Shown here: in pieces, positions 36,301 through 46,991 of the stretch | Numbering within the stretch: position 1 is the stretch's first letter | How the letters are laid out: each line of letters opens with the position of its first letter | From: Klebsormidium nitens | Taxonomy: Eukaryota > Plantae > Klebsormidiophyceae | Assembly (NCBI GenBank): GCA_000708835.1 | Contig: DF237107.1 | Span: 1 to 64,000 of the forward strand | Length of the DNA: 64,000 bases | Reading direction: 5' to 3' | The notes under the pieces: model-generated | What the model was told of the DNA's origin: nothing | What the model saw: only the letters and a program-made list of their open reading frames with translations | Database searches by the model: none | Translations under genes and position numbers: made by a program

Positions 36301-37419
36301 ACTTGCCCTCGAGATCGGACAGCATGTCGTTTTCAACCTTGGAGATTGTTCTGTCTGGACTGGTTCGAACTCGAATTTTCTCTCTCGACCAGAAAGCAAC
36401 AGCACGTAAAACATACACAATAACTCCACTGCCATAGAACAATCGTCTGACCACTGGCAAAAAGAAGGGACAACTTCAACCTGCACTTTGGCCAACTCAC
36501 TGGTCCCATGAAATGTTGTGTGTGCCACAGCTTTGAATTTGTAGAGCATCCGGCCCCTCTCCCGTCAATTCACAAATAGGCCCCTCAGTCGTTCTGACGG
36601 CAAGTTCTGATCTACTCCGCAACTTAGCATAGCCACCCGTAAGCCATAGTGACCGGGCTCGGATAACACAGATGTCTGAGCGTGCCTCGACGACTACTAT
36701 TCCATGCCTGGCCCAGATCTCCTGGTTTCCCCTACTTTCATTTCTTGCTTCTTGAGTGCCTCAGCCTGCACTGCGAGCTCACCTCTGGACTATTTGAAGG
36801 GACAAACCCAAGCAGTATCCCAGTATCTAGAGCCATGGCAGTGACTGCACCCCCCTGCATCCAACAGGGGACCCTGTCAGAAGATGGAGAATTGATGCAC
36901 CTGAACCGCCAGTGGCTTTCACTAGAAAGCTCAATGAGTGGCCAATTGATTGTCTCAGAGCGCACTCCACCCTACACGAACACATCCGAGTCCTGATAGC
37001 CGATGTGTTTTTAGAAGCTTGTAAGAACGCGTGCGAGCCCTCTTGATCCTACTCGGAGGTTTTGATAAGAAGTGCACCTGAAGTGCCTTTATAAGGAATG
37101 CCTCACAGTCAATCCAAAAACAGCCTCCTACTTAACTAGCTTCACAACGTATCAAACCACACTGTTTACAAAAACTTGCACCCAGGCTCAGCAGCTTTTG
37201 CTGCACTGCTCATCGTCCAAGTCGTCCTCCCACGCCGTGATTGATGGTGTCGTAGATCTGGACAAACCAAGGAAAGAGTAATAGCACTTAACAACGGACC
37301 TGATGATCAATATGCGCCCCAAGGGGACAGATTCTGTATGGTGCTGCCACCACGCGGATGTCGATCCGCTGCCTCAGCCATCCTGCTGCTTCTGCTACTG
37401 CCTCACGGAGCTCATCTAA
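33390..37419 (-). CDS. GALAK: Galacturonokinase (GHMP kinase family)
   Basis: Exons 37419..37300, 36854..36783, 36221..36178, 36008..35645, an unresolved short exon ~35.3-35.4 kb, ~35124..35003, 34495..34266, 33622..33390. Motifs: APYRICPLGAHIDHQGG, WGDYARGAVYAL, GVSSSAA, ENEYLGLRNGVLDQSAILLS, GARFSGAGFRGCC. The start-codon exon upstream of 37419 is not resolved. Confidence 0.92.
34092..34313 (-). repeat. Three tandem copies (77-78 bp) of a GALAK exon 3' end plus donor site
   Basis: aaaagctccgtca(g/a)actcacc(g/a)cactcgt..tctc(a/g)at.gagctccgccccga.tc.gtcatcagct occurs three times. Each copy has G|GTGAGT on the minus strand (after 34266, 34189 and 34111). Confidence 0.92.
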
Positions 37420-39814
37420 CTGCATGGAAGAAGGGAAGAGGCAATTGAGCACTCTGAAGGCGCCAGGCATACTGTCCTGGACCAGGGACTTACTGCTGGC
37501 ACAGCAAAAACAACAGGCAGTAGGGTGGCACTGTTAAGAAATCCCCCGGGCTATTGGAGCTGTCTGAAGCGTCAGCTCAATCACTCAACCAAATGTGTGA
37601 TATTGAATTGAAGTGAGGCAAATTTGGGACACCTTGTTTGAGCCAGCTTGAAGCGGTCTGACAAGACCTCCAAAGGAGGTACATCTTCAAAGAAGCAAAG
37701 CAGAGATTGTTGAAACAATTGCCTTAGCTGTGAGATTCCTATTTGTACCCTCCAGAGTGAAACCATGTCGGCTAACAACAACAATGAACAGCATCCTTGA
37801 GACCAGGACTCTTTATGCTGAAGGGATATGAGGGTTACTTATAGCAATATGGCAGCCTGGTTTAAATCGAACATGCCGATGACCTCACACGGAAACAAGA
37901 GGCGCTGACATTTAATGTCCGGAGCAAACTGGCTTTATTTTTGTCAGTAATTGCGAGAAAGGCCCAGCATAAATTTACAATCATCAACCCAAGTAAATAA
38001 GAGTGTGCCATTCAAAATATACAATTCGCAGATCAAGCACTTAAGTAGTAAATGTTTCCGCTCTACTGCGCTAAGGCGGCTTGTGCATTGGCGCCTTATA
38101 GCCCCATAGAGGGAGAATCTAGCCTAGCTTTCAAAGCCACAGAACTCTTCTAAGCAATCTCCGAAATCCTTCAAGTTTGTGATTCAATGGCATCAAAAGC
38201 TGCTGTTGGCAACTCTCAAAGAAGCTGAACTTGATCTTTGTACATCCATGCGCAAGTGGTTACTAAACGGTCTGTCTGGCGCAATATCAGATCGACAGAT
38301 ATGTGGTGTGTGTGAAAGGGCAACAAGTGTAAGTCCGCTTATGCCTTGATCTCACATTTCAAACATCTAAACATGAACTCATGCTTCAAACATCTGACCA
38401 TGCACATCAACTTCCAGGGTCTGGAAACAGGATTGAAAACGATCCAAGCCATTGAACCTGGCTATAATCAGTATGAGGACCGAGCAACTGAAGAGGCTCA
38501 TGTCAAGCTCGTACCTGAGATGCAGACGGCCAGCTTGCCCTACTGCCGTTATCCACCTCAGCATCGCCACTCAGATCCCCATTCCTCGATCCCATTTGTC
38601 TCTTGCACCGCAGTTGCAAACCCTTTCCAGAGTGAACTTTCAAAGATGATGCGTGGATAACATCTCTGAGACACGTGTACTTTAATTTTTCCGCAGCGAG
38701 CTTCTGGTCTTCTAACACTCTGTGTTTGGGCGCTCGCATCTGCCTGATGGGTATTCTGCACCTGGGTTTGATGATCAGAAGATCTTTATGCAGACACGCA
38801 CGATACTTCCGTGACACCTTTGACGACGGCCGAACAGTCAGCATTCCTTATCTGCTGCAGTGGCCTGTGCCTCCAAGTTGGCCAGTGAATGTTAGCACTC
38901 CCTTTGGAAAGCTAGTGCTAGCAACTTCAATGCAACGCAGCAGATCTTTAAAGGGTCTGGACTCTCGAATACAGTGTACTTGCTGCATTGCATCCCCCCG
39001 AACTACGGTTTCCGCTCCAAGATATCTTCCTTCCACGTAATGAAGCAAGACACGAAACCTTCCGTATCATTGTATCTCAGATCAGTATCTGCAGACTGAG
39101 GTGGACTGGAGACGCGCAATCTTCCTTCTTCGCAATGCTGAAGAAGGAAGATGGAGACGTTGCATCCAATGAGCCGTCCAATGCCAATATGGAAACTGTC
39201 GACGCGACGAAAGAAGACTGGCAAGGAGTTTGGCGACGTGTCACATGTATAGACGTCAACGTTCAATGTGCCCAGAACAGTTCGACGAAATGGCATCTGA
39301 TGGGGGTAGATTATAGAGGGTGAAAGTCGGGTGAAAGTCACCCCCCAAGTCGCACTGAATCTTGTTCAGGACTTCGAAGCCAGATATATAGATATGATGA
39401 ATCATATGATCAACCCTGATTTATGATCGACGGTCAGGTAGCTTATGATGGTCGGCACGCGCGTATACCGTGACATCATCAGCGTCAGATAAATAGCGGC
39501 CGCGGATTTCTGGGCGAGGCGGCCGCGGGCCAACTCGTCAGTCATGCTTTCGCGATCACCAAGGGGTTTGGAAAATTGTGCGCGCGCTCGCATTCTCGAG
39601 GCTCAGTGAAAACATGCGCCGCTGCGCCGCGCCGCGCCAGGTACCTAGTAGTATGTTGGCTTTCAAGTTTGGCGCCTTCCAATGGACTCTGAGTCCTATA
39701 GCTGGCGACGCTGCCCGGCATGTCGAGCTACGGTCCTCTCCACGCCTGAACCCTGGACCCCATTGCAGCCTGGTTCTCCCAAGTCTGGCGAGGCCTGTGT
39801 AAGAAACCCGCATC

Positions 39815-42800
39815 ATGTCTGCGAAGCCCGGACGGTTGCAGAAAGGTGCAACCCAACCAGGTTTCTCCCCAAACCGCGCCACCAAGGCGTCCGCTGCGCG
39901 CGCAGCATTCATCGCGTCGGAGCTGAAGGAGAAGGCTCCGGCAGTCCTTGAGCTGCCGGAGGAGGTCCTCTGCAGAATTCTGTCGCACTTGCCGGCGGTG
40001 CATGACGTGCTCAATTGCGGTCAGGTCTGCAAGGATTGGCTCAGGGCGCTGCGCTCGGATGTGGTGAGTCTGTTGGAAGGTGGCGAAAGCTTTGAGCCGC
40101 AGAGCAGGGTTTCAGCTCCAAACCAGTTCCTGGCGTTCGCTATGTATCGTTATGGTTCTTACGTCGGTGTCCAGTAAGATGCTTCCATGGGGCTGGGTAC
40201 CTATGCATTTGACAAAGGTCACTTACAACTTCCTTGAATCCCTAAAAAGTGGTCATGTTTTACAATCAGAGGGCCTTTGATGTCCTTGTCAGCTTTCTGA
40301 TTTCAGCGGCGAGATTCCATGCAGGCTCTTGTCTCCATTGAGGTTTTCAATGCTCATTCATCAGAAGCATTAAGTCAGCTGTGGAGACTTTTGAATTACT
40401 GAAGAAAAGTCGAACCTTTGAATCATTCTTGCCACAGCTATGGCGAGGCCAGTACGCCAGGACCTGGGGGGCCGAGGAAGCCGCACGCGTTGCCAGCTCC
40501 ATTCTCACTGCGGCAGAGACACGCAGAACAGTGGAGAAGCTCTTTCAGAGTGCAGATCCGCCACAGACTAAACCTCCCAACGACCTAAACGCAGTATCAG
40601 AGGCGGGCAAGAAGGGGGGCACTCCGGGAGTAGAGACTCCTGAAGTATCTGACACTGGTTCAAAGTTTCCTGTAAAATTGGAGGATGCCACCGCGGTATC
40701 AGCGTCACGTGTGGCAAGGGGTGTTGGCAGGCTGACGCTTTCTTCTGGGAGCAAGAGGAGAAGTAAGGAGAAGCAGACTGCTCAGGAGGAGAAGCCGGCG
40801 CATGGTGGCTGTGTTTGGCGGGATGCGTTTGCTGCGCGGTTCAAGGCCGAGGTGGGCAAACAGCGTCAATTTTTCAGTTTTCTTACTTTGTTGCTCTTTT
40901 GATGTCGACTTGTTAGGTTGCGAAGGGGTATGGGAAATCTCTTCGCCAGCTTCATGCTGAGCTGACGGAGCGTGGCGAAACAGTTTCTTGTTGCCTCCGA
41001 TTCTTATCAGGTGGGAAAAGCAGAAGCTATGGTTACTCGATCTCATGGTCAAAGCACAATAAACAAACCGGTCTTATGCTCTCTCTTGTCCTGCCCGCAG
41101 AAAAAGACATTCCTTGCTTCAGAGATCAAGCTTGCGGAGAACCTTAGACTCTTAACACGGAGATGGGGCTCCCACAACCGAGGGGGCCGGGCTCTGGACC
41201 CCTGCCCAGGGATGGCTCGGCTGGTGGAAAGACTCCAGCTGCGCTTTGAGCTGCGGATAAACAACGGGAGGGTGATCTCCCTGGCAGGTGTGCTGACTCG
41301 TGCAGGGATGATTGTTCCGAGGGTTTGAGCTTTGAATTCTTTTGATACAGATTATTTACGCTTTTGTGCTAGGTCTGTGGGCGTGTACTTTTGAGCTGAC
41401 CGAACAGTCCTCTTCTGTGTTGCATACGCATTGTATTTCGGTTGTCCATTGTCCATTGTAGATCGTCTTTCCTTTCCGACTTGCTGCTATGACGGGGTGG
41501 GGCTAAGAACCATCCAAAAGGATCTCGTTTCCCTGCGTGACAGTCAATCTCTAAGACTCGGATCCACCGCCACTTCTCGTGCCGCCACTTCTCGTAAAAT
41601 TCTTAGCAAGGTCCTCGAGGATTTTGGGACACATGGTTACTGCGGTCCTTGAGCCCCCGTCCTTGTGCAGCCGCAGGGCGACACTCCTACCAATCGTTCC
41701 CCACGTCGCTATCGCTGAAGTGCCCCCCGTCGGCGTTGGGGCGGGGCTTGACAGTCCAGAAGCTCCTAAAAGTGGAGGTAAGACTTGGGGTTGCGGATTC
41801 TCCTTGTGCTTCTGAAGCGCGCCCGTGCACTTGTGAAGAGCTCAATCCATGAAGCATCAGCACGCAAGTATCGATGAGGGCAACCGTACGTTTTCTGTTT
41901 ACGATGGAAGACCCCCATTTTGACCACAGTGTAAGCAAAACCACCATAGGTTAACTCAGGCCCTTAGATGTGACTTCTTGGAATACTCCTAGTCGACCAA
42001 CTGCCTGGATTTCAGTAAGCGTCACAGCTTGGAGATCTCCGGCCTAACCCTTGTTGCCTTGCTGCAGCAGCGTCGGTCTGTCTTTGCTTAAGGAAGAGTC
42101 TCTAGACTACACAATCTGTCATGTAAGATTCACACTCTTTGGTCCTAGAAGTAGGTTTTTGCATTACTTCATCCTGGGTTCTTATGCGGATCGGCATTCT
42201 CGTTCAATCGAATCGACGGTGCGCCGAAGTGAGACTCTTGCTCCCTGCAGGTGACAGCTGTCAGCGAGCGACTTTACTCCACGGTCCGACTGCTCCAGCT
42301 CGACTCCAGCTCCGTCAGAAGAAGCACGCTCGTCGCCGAAAGCCCCACCCTGAGCCTGTACGAAGCCTCCCTATACCCAGCCTCCGCCACCGAAGGCGGC
42401 TCTCTCGTTGTTGGAACCTTCGGTCCCGGCGACAATTCCCAAAATTCGTTTACCACCCCCCGAAAACGTTCCCTCTCCGCTCAACAAGGCCTTCTAGACT
42501 CCGAGGACGGGCCCACCGATCGAAGCGGGGCACACTCTAGGGAAGGGGGCGCGGATTCGACGTCGAAAGAGGGCACGGAATCCGGGTCGGGGCGCCCGCC
42601 CGCGGGCGACGAGGAAGTCGTTTTGCTAGTGTTAAACATTCCTTATGTGGACGTACTGTGGAGAGTAATGACACTCGGGCCGGGCTACGGGCCCCGGGAG
42701 CACCATCGAGCCTCGGCGCACGACACGGATCTGCAGTACGGTGAGCGGGACTGCAGATTTCGATGCTCGTTGTGGTGGACGTAGGATGAGTAGGGTCTTA

Positions 42801-45800
42801 TTTCCGAAGATGAGCGGGCTCGGAAAGACGTTGTTCGCAAGTTTGGCCCCAGTCTTCGTTCGGCGTCTTCCTAGTTCTCAATCTTGTCTGCTCTCTTCCG
42901 AGCCTCCGAGGTTGCTTCCTTTACATCTTACCAATTGTCGGATATAGTTTCTCATTCCAAAGGCTCAGAATCATCAAAGGCTCAGAATCACCATCGGTTC
43001 TCATTCCAAAGGCTCAGAATCATCAAAGGCTCAGAATCACCATCGGTTTCCTCGTTTACGGTTCAGATCACCGGAAGTTCAAACGACTCTTGTCGATCTT
43101 TGTGCAGGGCTGCACGACTATCATGCGAGCGCGCAGATCCGCTCCTTCGGGAAGCTTCTGTGGTGCCAGGACTTTTACCGCTGCTTCCACAGCAGGCGAG
43201 AGTCCGTTCCGGGCGAGAAAGCGGTCTTTGTCTTCCTTCCAAACGAGGGCGGAATGGTGAGTGCCGTACCAGGTCCGGTCTCTCTGTGCCAAAACGACTG
43301 GCGACTGTTTCCGTGAAAAAGGAAAGTTTGACTTCAGGAAGCGCGAGGCACCGATGCACGCGGGGACGGCATCGGTGGTGGGACGACACCAGTACTAGCA
43401 GGTGGACGTGAAGTGTCGACCGTGAGCTGAGTTCTGTCTGGAGTCCGTGTCAGGTGTAGAAGGAAAGCCTGGAGCCAGCCGCACGTAAGGTGCTATTTGG
43501 CCTAACTTAAGCTTTAATTATGCTTAAAAAGTCAGCGCCGATCTTGGATTATAAGTGGCGGCAGCTGCCGGTCCAGATGTGCACAGGTACATCTTTTGGC
43601 AGACCAGAAGACAAAGGACTTGAGGGATCCGAAGAGACTAAGGCCCTGTCGATCAAAGCGTTTGCATGAAACCCCTGGCAGCTTAACTAGCTGACCAAAC
43701 ATGCCAGCAAGAGTATATAATTGTCACTGGCTCTGATACGAGACAGTCAAACAGATTCTACACGTCTTGATTCACAGCTGTATGTTGTGAATGTTACCAT
43801 TCGCTGGGTCCATTCCCGCCTCTGAGATCGTAGACTTTTGGCTCTCTAAACCAAAGTCAGTGCTTCTTGACCCACGCCTTGATTCGCTAGCGGAGAATCA
43901 CCCGTTCCTTTCCTCAACCGCGGCCTGCGCGCTTCCAAAGCGCCACCAGATTGGTCTGGTGCACCTTCTGAAATAGGTAGCAACTTTGGCTCTCTTAACC
44001 ACAACCCGTGCTCGTCTAAGCCGCCTGCGGAAGCTTACCCGGTCCTTCTCCCCACCCCAGCCAGCGCTCTCATAACACGTCCCCAAGCTGGCCTGGTGCA
44101 CCTTTTGTTTGGATAATTCTTTGGCCCTCGTAACCCGTGCTTGCTAGCCATCCCTTAACCCGCTCCCGAAACTATTCCGGCTCCTTTTCACAACCCCGCA
44201 GCCCGCGCTCTTCCAAGGCGTCCTCAAGCTGGCCTGTCGCACCGAGGCCTTCTCTTAATCGAATTCGGGACTCCTTAACCAACCCATAAACCTGCCCGCT
44301 TAAATTAAACCCGTTTCTTTTTGCTCCAGCGCGCGTTCTTTCAAGGCGTCCCCAAGCTGGCGTGGCACACCGAGGCCTTCTCTTAACCAAATTCCGGACT
44401 CCGTAACCAACCCATAAACCTGCCCGCTGAAGTTAAACCCGATTCTTTTTGCTCCAGCCCGCGCTCTTCCAAGGCGTCCCCAAGCCGGCGTGGCACACCG
44501 AGACCTTCTCTTTATTACATTCCGCGCTCCTTAACCAACCCCTTAACCCGCCCGCGGATTGGAAGTTTTGACCCCCCCCCAAAGCCCGCACTCTTCTAAG
44601 GCGTCCCCAAGCTGGGCTGGCGCACCGAGACCTTTCCTTAATCACATTCCGTGCTCCTTAACCAACCCACAAACCTGCCCGCGGAACTTAAACCCGTTTC
44701 TTTTTGCTCCAGCCCGCGCTCTTCCAAGGCGTCCCCAAGCTGGCGTGGCGCACCGAGGCCTTCTCGGGTGAGCTCCCCGGGGCCCTGGTGCTCGACTTTG
44801 TGCTATGGGACCAGAACAACGAGGTGGCCTGGCACTGCTCCAAGGTCGTCGCGACAGGGCCTCAGCCCACGCCTGCGTCGCCCGAGGTACGTTTGGGGGA
44901 ATGTTTAGAAGTGCGCGTAGGACGCGCACACGTTCTTTCCAGATTCCACAGGACCGCGACCCTCATCAATTCGCCGGTCGACATTTCGACGGGAAGAATT
45001 AACGACGGTGTTGGTGGTTACGCCTGACGTCCGTTGATTTCCGCCCATTTCGAGGGATGGACGCGCTGAATGTCGAGCAGCTGATACCGGGTTTGCTAAG
45101 GTCACCGACTTTACTCGGCGGTTTGGGTTCTTCATTCTGCAAAAGAAGTAAGTTGAGGAGCGTCTTCGTGCGGCAGTCTTGAAGTCCAGCACAAGGGAGC
45201 AACTATTCGGCGCCTAAAAATTGGCCTTACACGGAACTCTGAGTCCGATCTTGGACAGAATGCGTGTTTTCTACGTATCTGAAATTACTGCAGTCTTTGA
45301 CACAGGTGAACGCACATCCTTCGAAAGGGTGTTTGAGTGCAAGTAAAACCTGCTTAGAACTTTTGTTTGCCATCGTCGACTGGCGACAATCTGGCGACAA
45401 CCCTAAAACCCTAAAATCTCACATGAAGGACGCGGATTCGTGCCTGCTTGAACCGCGTGCTTGCATTTCGTTTATCTTCTGCTATCATTTCAGCTCCTGA
45501 CGAGTATCCTTCGGAACCAGAAAGCAAAGAATGTACGCGAGGAACTATGGACGAGACTACTTTCAAGTCAGATGTGGTCCATAAGCCGATGCTCCTGTGT
45601 GCAGTTCGGGCTGCCGTACCTAGAAGGGGAGTGCTCTCACGCCGTCATCGAAGACGCTGCACGAGGGGTCAGCCTGTCGTTGGATCTGCGGGTCGCATCG
45701 AAGGATCCCAAGAAGAGGGCGGGCGAGGACATTCTTCCGCAAAGTGCAGTAACAGGGCTGCGGCTCAGTCTTGCCAGACACTTCTTGTCGGAGTGGTTTG

Positions 45801-45817
45801 GGGTCGCGAGGATCTGA
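39815..45817 (+). CDS. F-box protein, FBXO15-like
   Basis: Model join(39815..40063,40438..40851,41101..41287,41611..41777,42251..42740,43108..43256,44713..44886,45605..45817), about 680 aa in frame. F-box LPEEVLCRILSHL..VLNCGQVCKDW..LW. C-terminal blocks DTDLQYGLHDYH, KLAWRTEAFSG..LDFVLWDQNNEVAW and LRLSLARHFLSEWFG match my recollection of FBXO15 conserved blocks. Confidence 0.8.
42950..43050 (+). repeat. Intronic tandem duplication, 2 x ~49 bp with internal aaaggctcagaatca repeats
   Basis: ctcattccaaaggctcagaatcatcaaaggctcagaatcaccatcggtt occurs twice. Confidence 0.9.
43890..44770 (+). repeat. About 7 tandem copies (127-140 bp) of the acceptor and first ~55 nt of F-box exon 7
   Basis: The ccaagctggc.tgg.gcacc core recurs near 43945, 44083, 44224, 44351, 44479, 44606 and 44734 (the true exon). 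tttttgctccag acceptors are intact at 44329, 44457 and 44712. Confidence 0.93.
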
Positions 45818-46991
45818 TCTACAAGCAGCTGCCAGGGAGGGCCACCTTTCTCTTTTTCGACTTCGTGGTTTTATGAGCAATTGCGGCATGAATGCTTGCG
45901 CCTGTATCGTTCATCTACATATCTGTCGGAGTTTCAGCGATCTGCTCGTGTGAAAGTATGTTGAAGTAGTTGGCGCATATCCATGGGGTGTTCGATTGAC
46001 CACATGGAAGGACGGACTTGCCAATTTCTGGGCAAGAGTGTCGTGCACCATTGTAAGGTTTTCACGATGCATCGTGTAATTGGACAAAGGTCGGAGCAAT
46101 CGTGCACATATGTGGGCTGCCATTGTACATGTATTGTAGGTCATGACATATTTTCGAATTTGCCACCCTACATCTTTGATAAAGCTTCGACAAGTAGCAC
46201 TCGGTATCATACCCCACACATAGATCCACGCCTATCCTGCAAATAGAGGTATTTTGTGATGGAGATTCAGAAAGATAAGGTTCACCGAGTGGGTGGCTAG
46301 CTCGGCGTGCAGATCAAGCACGTCACACGGTCTCATAGGTTATGGAAGGGCTCCAACCGGTTGGAGCCCTTCCCTTTCATCCAAGCTTTTGGTCGCGGGC
46401 CCGCAACCAAAAGCTTCCAGAAAATATCCATTCATACTGGCAATGATGGCGGCAATGCACATATACTCTGCATTTATGCTCATCCGATCTCGTGCGCCGA
46501 TCATATAAGGTGCCAGTGTCTTGGGAGTCCCGGTGTCCACTCATGGTGCGCACCATTGCATGATCTATGCAGGTTTGCAAGTCTAGCTCAACTTGAAAAG
46601 ATGCTGCCCATGGAGACATGTACGTGGTATCGGCGGTACAGAGCTTGAATTAAGGTGGTTTGAGAGAGATTGACAAACGGTCAAGCAGGCCTGACAGGCA
46701 CTGAGCTTGTTGGCTGGCAAGTATAAATCGGGAAGCTTGACCTGTTGTATCGAATAATGAAAGACTGGATTCAGACGAGCTGGGATGCTGTCTATGATTT
46801 AGTATGCCTAGTCTGCGCTCTGCTGGTGTTTCAGACCCAGCTCGTGATATTGTCGCGTGCGAGCATTACTTGGATTTATAAAGCTTTCACTCGAAACACC
46901 CCAACCCCCTATCCCCTCCCTTTTCCCCCCAACGACCTTGATCACAAAAGAACCTTGAAACCACCTTAATCATTTATCTACGTTTATTCCC

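Noticed and set aside
43890-44770. Regularly spaced repeats resembling a CRISPR array
   Set aside because: Whole units are homologous with no unique spacers, they derive from a host exon, and the context is eukaryotic with no cas genes.
44940-45027. Apparent last exon of the F-box gene directly after 44886
   Set aside because: It gives a short, non-conserved end. The exon at 45605..45817 fits the phase and supplies the conserved WFG terminus.
45900-46900. Cluster of short Cys/His-rich ORFs
   Set aside because: No splice-consistent model or motif; this is intergenic sequence between convergent genes.
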